Source: Eledone cirrhosa
Lineage: Eukaryota
DNA length: 64,000 nucleotides
Reading direction: 5' to 3'
NCBI GenBank assembly: GCA_964016885.1
Contig: OZ024742.1
Location: 291,214,001 to 291,278,000 of the forward strand
Below are positions 48,827 through 63,013 of this stretch, in pieces (position 1 is the first letter of the stretch; each line of letters begins with the position of its first letter). The notes beneath the pieces were generated by a model. The model was given only the letters and a program-made list of their open reading frames with translations, had not been told where the DNA came from and made no database searches. The position numbers and the translations under genes were made by a program.

Positions 48827-51800
48827 TATATATATATATATACTTTCGGCAATGATTTAGATGAAAATGTAAATATATAAAAATGGCTTTGTAATTCAAA
48901 TGTTTATGGTATCTTTACTATTAGAGAGATTGTTGTGAAAATTTACAATAATCGGGAAACTAGTACGATAAGTAATGTTCCCATTATGGAACATAGCTTA
49001 ACAAAAGTTCGTATATGCAATTATGAAGGAAGGTTTTTAGGTACATATAAATACTTTAAAACAAACAATCTTATAAAATAGAAGAAATGGCAGTTTCAGT
49101 TGGGTTTGTATCAAAAGGGCTTAATATTTAATATGATTCAGTCATAGTGCAATTTAGGATTTTTCAAGAATGTCTTGCTAAAGGACATCAAGACAGAATG
49201 GTTAAATATTAAAGTACTAAAGTGATATCATGTAAAACGTTAGTATACAAATGAATATCTCTAAAAAGGAGAAAATGTAATGAAAATTGGCAATAATATT
49301 TAGAGTTAGTAAGAACAGGTAATAAGAGTTATGATTAGTAAGAACTGATAATAACAGTGCTGTTTAGTATGAACTGCTAAAAGTGTTGTGGTTAGTAAGA
49401 ACTGGTAATAACAGTGTTGTGGTTATTAAGAACTGGAAATAACAGTGTTGTGGTTAGTAAGAAATGGTAATAACAGTGTTATGATTAGTAACAACTGGTA
49501 ATAACAGTATTTTGGTTAGTAAGAACTGGTAATAACAGTATTGTGGTTAGTAAGAACTGGTAATAATAGTGTTATGATTAGTAAGAACTGGTAATAACAG
49601 TGTTGTGGTTAGTAAGAACTGGTAATAACAGTATTGTGGTTAGTAAGAACTGGAAATAACAGTGTTGTGATTAGTAAGAACTGGTAATAACAGTGTTGTG
49701 GTTAGTAAGAACGGGTAATAACAGTATTGTGGTTAGTAAGAACTGGTAATAACAGTATTGTGGGTAGTAAGAACTGGTAATAATAGTGTTATGATTAGTA
49801 AGAACTGGTAATAACAGTGTTGTGGTTAGTAAGAACTGGTAATAATAGTGTTATGATTAGTAAGAACTGGAAATAACAGTGTTGTGATTAGTAAGAACGG
49901 GTAATAACAGTGTTGTGGTGAGTAAGAACTGGTAGTAACAGTATTGTGGTTAGTAAGAACGGGTAATAACAGTGTTGTTGTTAGTAAGAACTGGTAATAA
50001 CAGTATTATGGTTAGTAAGAAGGGGTAATAACAGTGTTGTTGTTAGTAAGAACTGGTAATAACTGTATTATGGTTAGTAAGAACTGGTAATAACAGCATT
50101 ATGGTTAGTAAGAACTGGTAATAACAGTATTGTGGTTAGTAAGAACGGGTAATAACAGTGTTGTTGTTAGTAAAACCTGGTAATAACAGTATTGTGATTA
50201 GTAACAACTGGTAATAACAGTGTTGTGGTTAGTAAGAACTGGTAATAACATTGTTGTGGTTAGTAAGAACGGGTAATAACAGTGTTATGATTAGTAAGAA
50301 CTGGTAATAACAGTGTTGTGGTTAGTAAGAACAGGTAATAACAGTGTTGTGGTTAGTAAGAACTGGTAATAACAGTATTATGGTTAGTAAGAACGGGTAA
50401 TAACAGTGTTGTTGTTAGTAAAAACTGGTAATAACAGTATTGTGATTAGTAACAACTGGTAATAACAGTGTTGTGGTTAGTAAGAACTGGTAATAACAGT
50501 ATTGTGATTAGTAACAACTGGTAATAACAGTGTTGTGGTTAGTAAGAACTGGTAATAACAGTATTGTGGTTAGTAAGAACTGGTAATAACAGTATTGTGG
50601 TGAGTAAGAACGGGTAATAACAGTGTTGTTGTTAGTAAAAACTGGTAATAACAGTATTGTGATTAGTAACAACTGGTAATAACAGTGTTGTGGTTATTAA
50701 GAACTGGTAATAATAGTGTTGTGGTTAGTAAGAACTGGTAATAACAGTGTTATGATTAGTAAGAACTGGTAATAATAGTGTCGTGGTTAGTAAGAACGGG
50801 TAATAACAGTATTGTGGTTAGTAAGAACTGGTAATAACAGTATTGTGATTAGTAACAACTGGTAATAACAGTATTGTGGTTAGTAAGAACTGGTAATAAT
50901 AGTGTTGTGGTTAGTAAGAACTGGTAATAACAGTGTTGTGGTTAGTAAGAACTGGTAATAACAGTATTGTGGTTAGTAAGAACTGGTAATAACAGTGTTG
51001 TGGTTATTAAGAACTGGTAATAATAGTGTTGTGGTTAGTAAGAACTGGTAATAACAGTGTTGTGGTTAGTAAGAACGGGTAATAACAGTGTTGTTGTTAG
51101 TAAGAACTGGTAATAACAGTACTGTGGTTAGTAAGAACGGGTAATAACAGTGTTGTTGTTAGTAAGAACTGGTAATAATAGTATTGTGGTTAGTAAGAAC
51201 GGGTAATAACAGTGTTGTGGTTAGTAAGAACTGGTAATAATAGTATTGTGGTTATTAAGAACTGGTAATAATAGTGTTGTGGTTAGTAAGAACTGGTAAG
51301 AACTGTTGTGGTTAGTAATAACTGGTAATAACAGTATTGTGGTTATTAAGAACTGGTAATAATAGTGTTGTGGTTAGTAAGAACTGGTAAGAACTGTTGT
51401 GGTTAGTAAGAACTGGTAATAACCGTGTTGTGGTTAGTAAGAACTGGTAATAACAGTATTGTGGTTAGTAAGAACTGGTAATAACAGTATCGTGGTTAGT
51501 AATAACTGGTAATAACAGTATCGTGGTTAGTAAGAACTGGTAATAACAGTATTGTGGTTAGTAAGAACTGGTAATAACAGTGTTGTGGTTAGTAAGAACT
51601 GGTAATAACAGTATTGTGGTTAGTAAGAACTGGTAATAACAGTGTTGTGGTTAGTAAGAACTGGTAATAACAGTATTGTGGTTAATAAGAAGTGGTAATA
51701 ACAGTATTGTGGTTAGTAAGAACTGGTAATAACAGTATTGTGGTTAGTAAGAACTGGTAATAACAGTGTTGTGTTTAGTAAGAACGGGTAATAACAGTGT

Positions 51801-53162
51801 TGTTGTTAGTAAGAACTGGTAATAACAGTATTGTGGTTAGTAAGAACGGGTAATAACAGTGTTGTTGTTAGTAAGAACTGGTAATAATAGTATTGTGGTT
51901 AGTAAGAACGGGTAATAACAGTGTTGTGGTTAGTAAGAACTGGTAATAATAGTATTGTGGTTATTAAGAACTGGTAAGAACTGTTGTGGTTAGTAATAAC
52001 TGGTAATAACAGTATTGTGGTTATTAAGAACTGGTAATAATAGTGTTGTGGTTAGTAAGAACTGGTAAGAACTGTTGTGGTTAGTAAGAACTGGTAATAA
52101 CCGTGTTGTGGTTAGTAAGAACTGGTAATAACAGTATTGTGGTTAGTAAGAACTGGTAATAACAGTATTGTGGTTAGTAATAACTGGTAATAACAGTATC
52201 GTGGTTAGTAAGAACTGGTAATAACAGTATTGTGGTTAGTAAGAACTGGTAATAACAGTGTTGTGGTTAGTAAGAACTGGTAATAACAGTGTTGTGGTTA
52301 GTAAGAACTGGTAATAACAGTATTGTGGTTAGTAAGAACTGGTAATAATAGTATTGTGGTTAGTAAGAACTGGTAATAACAGTGTTGTGGTTAGTAAGAA
52401 CTGGTAATAACAGTATTGTGGTTAGTAAGAACTGGTAATAACAGTGTTGTGGTTAGTAAGAACTGGTAATAACAGTATTGTGGTTAGTAAGAACTGGTAA
52501 TAACAGTATTGTGGTTAGTAAGAACTGGTAATAACAGTATTGTGGTTAGTAAGAACTGGTAATAACAGTATTGTGGTTAGTAAGAACTGGTAATAACAGT
52601 GTTGTGGTTAGTAAGAACTGGTAATAACAGTATTGTGGTTAGTAAGAACTGGTAATAACAGTATTGTGGTAGTAACAACTGGTAATAACCGTATTGTGGT
52701 TAGTAAGAACTGGTAATAACAGTGTTGTTAATAAGAACTGGTAATAATAGAGTTGTGGTTAGTAAGAACTGGTAATAACAGTATTGTGGTTAGTAAGAAC
52801 TGGAAATAACAGTGTTGTGGTTAGTAATAACTGGTAATAACAGTATTGTGGTTAGTAAGAACTGCAAATAACAGTGTTGTGGTTAGTAAGAACTGGTAAT
52901 AACAGTATTGTGGTTAGTAACAACTGGTAATAACAGTGTTGTGGTTAGTAAGAACTGGTAATAACAGTGTTGTGGTTATTAATAACTGGTAATAACAGTA
53001 TTGTGGTTAGTAAGAACTGCAAATAACAGTGTTGTGGTTAGTAAGAACTGGTAATAACAGTATTATGGTTAGTAAGAACAGTTAATAACAGTGTTGTGGT
53101 TAGTAAGAACTAGTAATAACAGTATTATGGTTAGTAAGAACAGTTAATAACAGTGTTATTAG

Positions 53163-53519
53163 TGTAGCGCTCTCTAGACAAAGTGAAGTAGCTAGATTTA
53201 CTTCCCGTAGAATTTCTAGAATATTCCTTTAACCTCCGTTCCTGAGTTTATAAAAGAAAGAGCAAAGGGCAATCTCCCTCTCTTTTACCAGCAGGCTCTA
53301 GAACTGACCATACCAAGCACAGATATGTTAATCTTTTTCTAATTCTATCTTGTATCTCAGGATTACACCATATCATGGTGCGAGGTAAGTTTTACTACCA
53401 AAAATTGTAACAAGCACACTTCAATAAATACAAGTCGTTATTGATAGTCATTTCTGAAATATTCGTCATGTTTCAATTATTACATCGTCATTTCTTTTAC
53501 ATCTTCTAAACAAATAACA
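53163..53519 (+). mobile_element. 357-bp solo LTR in satellite (copy 1)
   Basis: TGTAGCG...AATAACA, TSD TTAG, TTTATAAAA box, AATAAA. Confidence 0.8.
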
Positions 53520-54617
53520 TTAGTGGTTGGCATGTAATGGTATATACTGGAGTAGATAAGCTTATGGCCAATTCACTAAATTAGTAAGTACTGCTAATAA
53601 CAGTGTGGTTAGTAAGAACTAGTAATAACAGTTGTGGTGAGTAAGAACTGGTAATAACTGTGATGTGGTTAGTAAGAACTGGTAATAACAGTGGGTTAGT
53701 AAGAACTGGTAATAACAGTATTGTGGTTAGTAAGAACTGGTAATAACAGTATTGTGGTTAGTAAGAACTGGTAATAACAGTGTTGTGGTTAGTAAGAACT
53801 GGTAATAACATTGTTGTGGTTTGTAAGAACTAGTAATAACAGTATTGTGGTTAGTAAGAACTGGTAATAACAGTATTGTGGTTAGTAAGATTGATAATAA
53901 CAGTTTTGTTAGTATGAACTGGTAATAACAGTGTTGTGGTTAGTAAGAACTGGTAATAACAGTGTTGTAGTTAATAAGAACTGGTATTAACAGTATTGTG
54001 TTTAGTAAGAACGGGTAATAACAGTATTGTGGTTAGTATGAACTGGTAATAACAGTATTGTTGTTAGTAAGAACTGGTAATAACAGTATTGTAGTTAATA
54101 AGAACTGGTATTAACAGTACTGTGGTTAGTAAGAACTGGTAATAACAGTATTGTGGTTAGTAAGAACTGGTAATAACAACGTGTGGTTAATAAAAACTGG
54201 TAATAACAGTTGTTGTTAGTAAGAACTGGTAATAACAGTGTTGTTGTTAGTAAGAACTGGTAATAATAGTGTTGAGGTTAGTACGAACTGGAAATAACAT
54301 TGTTGTGGTTAGTAAGAACTGGTAATAACAGTGTTGTGGTTAGTAAGAACTGGTAATAACAGTATTGTGGTTAGTAAGAATTGGTAATAACAGTGCTGTG
54401 GTTAGTAAGAACAGGTAATAACAGTTGTTGTTAGTAAGAACTGGTAATAATAGTATTGTGGTTAGTAACAACTGGTAATAACAGTGTTGTGGTTAGTAAG
54501 AACTGGTAATAACAGTATTGTGGTTAGTAAGAACTGCAAATAACAGTGTTGTGGTTAGTAAGAACTGGTAATAATAGTATTGTGGTTAGTAGGTACAGTT
54601 AATAACAGTGTTATTAG

Positions 54618-54974
54618 TGTAGCGCTCTCTAGACAAAGTGAAGTAGCTAGATTTACTTCCCGTAGAATTTTTAGAATATTCCTTGAACCTCCGTTCCTGA
54701 GTTTATAAAAGAAAGAGCAAAGGGCAATCTCCCTCTCTTTTACCAGCAGGCTCTAGAACTGACCATACCAAGCACAGATATGTTAATCTTTTTCTAATCC
54801 TATCTTGTATCTCAGAATTACACCATATCATGGTGCGAGGTAAGTTTTACTACCAAAAATTGTAACAAGCACACTTCAATAAATACAAGTCGTTATTGAT
54901 AGTCATTTCTGAAATATTCATCATGTTTCAATTATTACATCTTCATTTCTTTTACATCTTCTAAACAAATAACA
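54618..54974 (+). mobile_element. 357-bp solo LTR in satellite (copy 2)
   Basis: Near-identical to copy 1, same flanks. Confidence 0.8.
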
Positions 54975-57230
54975 TTAGTGGTTGGCATGTAGTGGTATAT
55001 ACTGGAGTAGATAAGCTTATGGCCTATTCACTAAATTAGTAAGTACTGCTAATAACTGTTGTTGTTAGGAAGAACTGGTAATAACAGTTGTGGTTAGTAA
55101 GAACTGGTAAGAACTGTGATGTGGTTAGTAAGAACTGGTAATGACTGTATGGTTAGTAAGAATTGGTAATAAGAGTTGTTGTTTGTAAGAACTGGTAATA
55201 ACAGTGTTGTTAGTAGGAACTGGTAATCACAGTTGTGGTTAGTAAGAGCTGGTAATAATGATGTAGTTAGTAAGAACTGGTAATAACTGTGTTGTGGTTA
55301 GTAATAACTAGTAATAACATTGTTGTGGTTAGTAAGAGCTGGTAATAACAGTGTTGTAGTTAGTAAGAACTGGTAATAACAGTATTGTGGTTAGTAAGAA
55401 CTGGTAATAACAGTGTTGTTAATAAGAACTAGTTATAACAGTTGTGGTTAGTTAGAGCTGGTAATAATAATGATGTAGTTAGTAAGAACAGGTAATAACT
55501 GTGTTGTGGTTAGTAATAACTGGTAATAGCATTGTTGTGGTTAGTAAGAGCTGATAATAACCGTGTTGTGTTTAGTAAGAACTGATAATAACAGTGTGGT
55601 TAGTAAGAACTAGTAATAACAGTTGTGGTTAGTAAGAACTGGTAATAACAGTGTCGTTAATAACAACTGGTAATAATAGAGTTGTGGTTAGTAAGAAATG
55701 GTAATAGCAGTTTTGTTAGTAAGAAATGGCAATAACAGTATTGTGGTTAGTAAGAACTGGTAATAACAGTGTTGTGTTTAGTAAGAACTGGTAATAACAG
55801 TATTGTGGTTAGTAAGAACTGGTAATAATAGTATTGTGGTTAGTAAGAACTGGTAATAACAGTGTTGTGTTTAGTAAGAACTGGTAATAACAGTATTGTT
55901 GTTAGTAAGAACTGGTAATAACAGTGTTGTTGTTAGTAAGAACTGGTAATAATAGTGTTGTGGTTAGTATGAACTCGAAATAACAATGCGTGGTTAATAA
56001 GAACTGGTAATAACAGTTGTTGTTAGTAAGAACTGGTAATAATAGTGTTGTGGTTAGTATGAACTGGAAATAACAGCGTTGTGGTTAGTAAGAATTTGTA
56101 ACAACAGTATTGTGGTTAGTAAGAACTTGTAATAACAGTGTTGTGGTTAGTAAGAACTGGTAATAACAGTGTTGTGGTTAGTAAGAACTGGTAATAACCG
56201 TGTTGTGGTTAGTAAGAACTGGTAATAACCGTGTTGTGGTTAGTAAGAACTGGTAATAACAGTGTTGTGGTTAGTAAGAACTAGTAATAACAGTATTGTG
56301 GTTAGTACGAACTGCTAATAACAGTATTGTGGTTAGTAAGAACTGGTAACAACAGTGTTGTGGTTAGTAAGAACTGGTAATAACCGTGTTGTGGTTAGTA
56401 AGAACTGGTAATAACATTGTTGTGGTTAGTAAGAACTGGTAATAACAGTATTGTGGTTAGTAAGAACTGGTAATAACAGTATTGTGGTTAGTAAGAACTG
56501 GTAATAACAGTGTTGTGGTTAGTAAGAACTGGTAATAACAGTATTGTGGTTAGTAAGAACTGGTAATAACAGTATTGTTATTATTAAGAACTGGTAATAA
56601 CAGTATTGTGGTTAGTAAGAACTGGTAATAATAGTGTTGTGGTTATTAAGAACTGGTAATAATAGTGTTGTAGTTAGTATGAACTGGTAAGAACTGTTGT
56701 GGTTAGTAAGAACTGGTAATAACCGGGTTGTGGTTAGTAAGAACTGGTAACAACAGTATTGTGGTTAGTAAGAACTGGTAATAACAGTGTTGTGATTAGT
56801 AAGCCCTGGTAATAACAGTATTGTGGTTAGTAAGAACTGGTAATAACAGTGTTGTGGTTAGTAAGAACTGGTAATAACTGTGTTGTGGTTAGTAAGAACT
56901 GGTAATAACAGTATTGTGGTTAGTAAGAACTGGTAATAACAGTGTTGTGGTTAGTAAGAACTGGAAATAACAGTGTTGTGATTAGTAAGAACTGGTAATA
57001 ACAGTATTGTGGTTAGTAAGAACTGGTAATAACAGTGTTGTGGTTAGTAAGAACTGGTAATAACTGTGTTTTGGTTAGTAAGAACTGGTAATAACAGTGT
57101 TGTGGTTAGTAATAACTGGTAATAACAGTATTGTGGTTAGTAATAACTGTAAATAACAGTGTTGTGGTTAGTAAGAACTGGTAATAACAGTATTATGGTT
57201 AGTAAGAACAGTTAATAACAGTGTTATTAG

Positions 57231-57587
57231 TGTAGCGCTCTCTAGACAAAGTGAAGTAGCTAGATTTACTTCCCGTAGAATTTCTAGAATATTCCTTTAA
57301 CCTCCGTTCCTGAGTTTATAAAAGAAAGAGCAAAGGGCAATCTCCCTCTCTTTTACCAGCAGGCTCTAGAACTGACCATACCAAGCACAGATATGTTAAT
57401 CTTTTTCCAATCCTAACTTGTATCTCAGGATTACACCATATCATGGTGCGAGGTAAGTTTTACTACCAAAAATTGTAACAAGCACACTTCAATAAATACA
57501 AGTCGTTATTGATAGTCATTTCTGAAATATTCATCATGTTTCAATTATTACATCGCCATTTCTTTTACATCTTCTAAACAAATAACA
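57231..57587 (+). mobile_element. 357-bp solo LTR in satellite (copy 3)
   Basis: Near-identical to copy 1, same flanks. Confidence 0.8.
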
Positions 57588-59683
57588 TTAGTGGTTGGCA
57601 TGTAGTGGTATATACTGGAGTAGATAAGCTTATGGCCTATTCACTAAATTAGTAAGTACTGCTAATAACTGTTGTTGTTAGGAAGAACTGGTAATAACAG
57701 TTGTGGTTAGTAAGAACTGGTAAGAACTGTGATGTGGTTAGTAAGAACTGGTAATAACTGTTGTGGTTAGTAAGAACTGGTAATGACTGTATGGCTAGTA
57801 AGAATTGGTAATAAGAGTTGTTGTTTGTAAGAACTGGTAATAACAGTGTTGTTAGTAGGAACTGGTAATCACAGTTGTGGTTAGTAGGAGCTGGTAATAA
57901 TGATGTAGTTAGTAAGAACTGTTAATAACTGTGTTGTGGTTAGTAATAACTAGTAATAACATTGTTGTGGTTAGTAAGAGCTGGTAATAACAGTGTTGTA
58001 GTTAGTAAGAACTGATAATAACAGTGTGGTTAGTAAGAACTAGTAATAACAGTTGTGGTTAGTAAGAACTGGTAATAACAGTATTGTGGTTAGTAAGAAC
58101 TGGTAATAACAGTGTTGTTAATAAGAACTGGTAATAACAGTTGTGGTTAGTAAGAGCTGGTAATAATAATGATGTAGTTAGTAAGAACAGGTAATAACTG
58201 TGTTGTGGTTAGTAATAACTGGTAATAGCATTGTTGTGGTTAGTAAGAGCTGATAATAACCGTGTTGTGGTTAGTAAGAACTGATAATAACAGTGTGGTT
58301 AGTAAGAACTCGTAATAACAGTTGTGGTTAGTAAGAACTGGTAATAACAGTGTTGTTAATAAGAACTGGTAATAATAGAGTTGTGGTTAGTAAGAAATGG
58401 TAATAGCAGTTTTGTTAGTAAGAAATGGCAATAACAGTATTGTGGTTAGTAAGAACTGGTAATAACAGTGTTGTGTTTAGTAAGAACTGGTAATAACAGT
58501 ATTGTGGTTAGTAAGAACTGGTAATAATAGTATTGTGCTTAGTAAGAACTCGTAATAACAGTATTGTTGTTAGTAAGAACTGGTAATAACAGTGTTGTTG
58601 TTAGTAAGAACTGGTAATAATAGTGTTGTGGTTAGTATGAACTGGAAATAACAACGCATGGTTAATAAGAACTGGTAATAACAGTTGTTGTTAGTAAGAA
58701 CTGGTAATAATAGTGTTGTGGTTAGTATAAACTGGAAATAACAGTGTTGTGGTTAGTAAGAATTTGTAACAACAGTATTGTGGTTAGTAAGAACTTGTAA
58801 TAACAGTGTTGTGGTTAGTAAGAACTGGTAATAACAGTGTTGTGGTTAGTAAGAACTGGTAATAACCATGTTGTGGTTAGTAAGAACTGGTAATAACAGT
58901 GTTGTGGTTAGTAAGAACTAGTAATAACAGTATTGTGGTTAGTACGAACTGGTAATAACAGTATTGTGGTTAGTAAGAACTGGTAACAACAGTGTTGTGG
59001 TTAGTAAGAACTGGTAATAACTGTGTTGTGGTTAGTAAGAACTGGTAATAACAGTATTGTGGTTAGTAAGAACTGGTAATAACAGTATTGTGGTTAGTAA
59101 TAACTGGTAATAATAGTGTTGTGGTTAGTAAGAACTGGTAATAACAGTATTGTGGTTAGTAAGAACTGGTAATAACAGTATTGTGGTTAGTAATAACTGG
59201 TAATAATAGTGTTGTGGTTAGTAAGAACTGGTAATAACAGTATTGTGGTTTGTAAGAACTGGTAATAACAGTGTTGTGGTTAGTAAGAACTGGTAATAAC
59301 AGTATTGTGGTTAGTAAGAACTGGTAATAACAGTATTGTGGTTAGTAAGAACTGGTAATAACAGTGTTGTGGTTAGTAAGAACTGGTAATAACAGTATTG
59401 TGGTTAGTAAGAACTGGAAATAACAGTGTTGTGATTAGTAAGAACTGGCAATAACAGTATTGTTGTTAGTAAGAACTGGTAATAACAGTGTTGTGGTTAG
59501 TAAGAACTGGTAATATCTGTGTTATGGTTAGTAAGAACTGGTAATAACAGTGTTGTGGTTAGTAATAACTGGTAATAACAGTATTGTGGTTAGTAAGAAC
59601 TGCAAATAACAGTGTTGTGTTTAGTAAGAACTGGTAATAACAGTATTATGGTTAGTAAGAACAGTTAATAACAGTGTTATTAG

Positions 59684-60040
59684 TGTAGCGCTCTCTAGAC
59701 AAAGTGAAGTAGCTAGATTTACTTCCCGTAGAATTTCTAGAATATTCCTTTAACCTCCGTTCCTGAGTTTATAAAAGAAAGAGCAAAGGGCAATCTCCCT
59801 CTCTTTTACCAGCAGGCTCTAGAACTGACCATACCAAGCACAGATATGTTAATCTTTTTCTAATCCTATCTTGTATCTCAGGATTACACCATATCATGGT
59901 GCGAGGTAAGTTTTACTACCAAAAATTGTAACAAGCACACTTCAATAAATACAAGTCGTTATTGATAGTCATTTCTGAAATATTCATCATGTTTCAATTA
60001 TTACATCGTCATTTCTTTTACATCTTCTAAACAAATAACA
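59684..60040 (+). mobile_element. 357-bp solo LTR in satellite (copy 4)
   Basis: Near-identical to copy 1, same flanks. Confidence 0.8.
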
Positions 60041-63013
60041 TTAGTGGTTGGCATGTAGTGGTATATACTGGAGTAGATAAGCTTATGGCCTATTCACTAA
60101 ATTAGTAAGTACTGCTAATAACAGTGTGGTTAGTAAGAACTAGTAATAACAGTTATGGTTAGTAAGAACTGGTAATAACTGTGATGTGGTTAGTAAGAAC
60201 TCGTAATAACAATGTGGTTAGTAAGAACTGGTAATAACAGTATTGTGGTTAGTAAGAACTGGTAATAACAGTATTGTGGTTAGTAAGAACTGGTAATAAC
60301 TGTTGTGGTTAGTAAGAACTAGTAATAACAGTTGTGGTTAGTATGAACTGGTAATAACGGTGATGTGGTTAGTAAGAACTGGTAATAACTGTTGTGGTTA
60401 GTAAGAACTGGTAATAACTGTGTGGTTAGTAGCAACTGGTAATAACATTGTTGTGGTTAGTAATAACTGGTAATAACTGTGATTTGGTTAGTAAGAACTG
60501 GTAATAACTGTTGTAGTTAGTAAGAACTGGTAATAACTGTGTGGTTAGTAAGAACTGGTAATATGAGTTGTTATTTGTAAGAACTGGTAATAAGTGTTAT
60601 TAGTAAGATCTGGTAATAACTGTGTTGTGGTTAGTAATAACTGGTAATAACATTGTTGTGGTTAGTAAGAGCTAGTAATAACCGTGTTGTGGTTAGTAAG
60701 AATGGGTAATAACCGTGTTATGGTGAGTAAGAACTGGTAATAACAGTGTGGTTAGTAAGAACTAGTAATACCAGTTGTGATTAGTAAGAACTGGTAATAA
60801 CAGTGTTGTGGTTAGTAAGAAATGGTAATAACAGTATTGTGGTTAGTAAGAACTGGTATTAACAGTATTGTGGTTAGTAAGAACTGGTAATAACAGTGTT
60901 GTGGTTAGTAAGAACTGGTAATTACAGTATTGTGGTTAGTAACAACTGGTAATAACAGTGTTGTAGTTAGTAAGAACTGTTAATAACTGTTGTGGTTAGT
61001 AAGAACTGGTAATAACAGTGTTCTGGTTAGTAATAACTGGTAATAACAGTATTGTGGTTAGTAAGAACTGGTAATAACAGTGTTATTAGTAAGAACTGTT
61101 AATAAAAGTATTGTGGTTTGTAACAACTGGTAATAACTGTGATGTGGTTAGTAAGAACTGGTAATAACAGTGTGGTTAGTAAGAACTGGTAATAAGAATT
61201 GTTGTTTGTAAGAACTGGTAATAACAGTGTTATTAGTAAGAACTGTTAATAAAAGTATTGTGGTTTGTAACAACTGGTAATAACTGTGAGGTGGTTAGTA
61301 AGAACTGGTAATAACAGTGTGGTAATAAGAATTGTTGTTTGTAAGAAGTGGTAATAAGAGTTGTTGTTAGTAATAACTGTTGTTGTTAGTAAGTACTGGT
61401 AATAAGAGTTGCTGTTTGTAAGAACTGGTAATAACAGTTGTGGTTAATAGGAACTGGTAATAACATTGTTGTGGTTAGTAAGAACTGGTAATAATAGTGA
61501 TGTAGTTAGTAAAAACTGGTAATAACTGTGTTGTGGTAAGTAAGAACAGGTAATAACTGTTGTGGTTAGTAAGAACAGGTAATAACAGTTGTTGTTAGTA
61601 GGAACTGGTAATAACTGTGTTGTGGTTAGTAACAACAGGTAATAAGAGTTGTAGTTAGTAGGAACTGGTAATAACTGTGTTATGGTTAGTAAGAACTGGT
61701 AATAAGTGTTATTAGTAATAACTGGTAATAAGAGTTGTTGTTTGTAAGAACTGGTAATAACAGTTATGGTTAGTAGGAACTGGTAATAACTGTGTTATGG
61801 TTAGTAAGAACTAGTAATAATAGTGTTGTTATTAAGAACCGATAATAACTATTGTGGTTTGTAAGTACTGGTAATAACAGTTGTGGATATTAAGTACTGG
61901 TAATAACAGTTGTTATTAGTAAGAACTAGTAATAACATTTTGCAATTTGTTAGACTAGCTACCACTTTATTGGTTTTTTAATACTTAGTATCACTGTTGT
62001 GGATAGTAATATTTGGTATCCATAACATTTGGAAACAAAAGCATTAAGAAATGAAAGATTTACCACAGGTATAGTCAAACTATTTTTCCAAAGGAAAGCC
62101 ATCATCCACACGGCCACTGTTGCTGTTATCATTATTTTATTCTTCATTTCCAAATGTTTACTGTGCCTTTTCTGTTAACAATTAGTTTTAATACAATGTG
62201 TTGAATTCAATGTGTCAGTTTATGATAACGAAAAGGAAGGTACTTTGAAATGTTTTCTGTTTCTATTCTGTTACTGACTAATTATATATCATTATATATA
62301 TACCAAACCACTTAAAACTGGCCCTGCTTCTATGAAAGTGATATATTCTAAAGTGTTTATATTTATCTGAAAACCCCCCCATCATATATTTGTGTAAGAA
62401 ACTTTAAGTTATGCTCCAAATAATGAGAAAGTTAGTTATGTTAACAACTAATCATATGGAATGGATCTCTGTTGGTTCCAACAATGTGTGTTTCAATTGT
62501 TTGATTAATACAACTGTCTGCTCATAAAATTTACATATAAGTAGCTAAGTTTTCCAAAGACACATGTCCATTTACTGTAACTCTCAGATAGCTTTAGCAT
62601 GACAGTGTGTGTGATAAAGCTGACTTATTCAATTACTAGTACAGTCCAGTTTCTGTGTATCCAATTTCACTTGCAAGGCTTGGGTTAACCTGAGAGTATG
62701 GTAAATGACATTTGCCTAAAATGCCACAAAGCATACAGTGGAATACAACCAAGGATTTTCCGATTGCAAAAACGAGCTTTTTGATCATCAAATGTATAAC
62801 ATATGTTGATGAAAATATTTGAATTTCCCAATATTTATTGTCTATTAACAACTAGCTATATACTGCATAATCTTTTGTATAGGATGCACATATTTTAATC
62901 CAATATTTGATATCAACATCTGCCTGCACTCTATATATGAATTCAACAATGATAGTATTTACTATTCAGAAGTTAGGTATAAGCAGAACTAAATAGCAAT
63001 TTTTTTTCCTTAA

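Larger units (their letters stand above)
49305..61938. repeat. 31-bp satellite, consensus GGTTAGTAAGAACTGGTAATAACAGTRTTGT, with 29-bp variants and degenerate edges
   Basis: Hundreds of head-to-tail units read directly. Confidence 0.98.

Noticed and set aside
49500-49600. Interstitial telomeric repeat (GGTTAG in the satellite unit)
   Set aside because: Only one partial hexamer per 31 bp and never tandem TTAGGG.
53520-53580. Primer-binding site after the LTR, implying an internal retroelement region
   Set aside because: TGG follows only after the TTAG TSD, I recognise no tRNA complement, and no gag/pol follows.
49305-61938. CRISPR-like array or repetitive protein gene
   Set aside because: The units are head-to-tail with no unique spacers and no cas genes. 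The 31-bp period cycles through stop codons on both strands.
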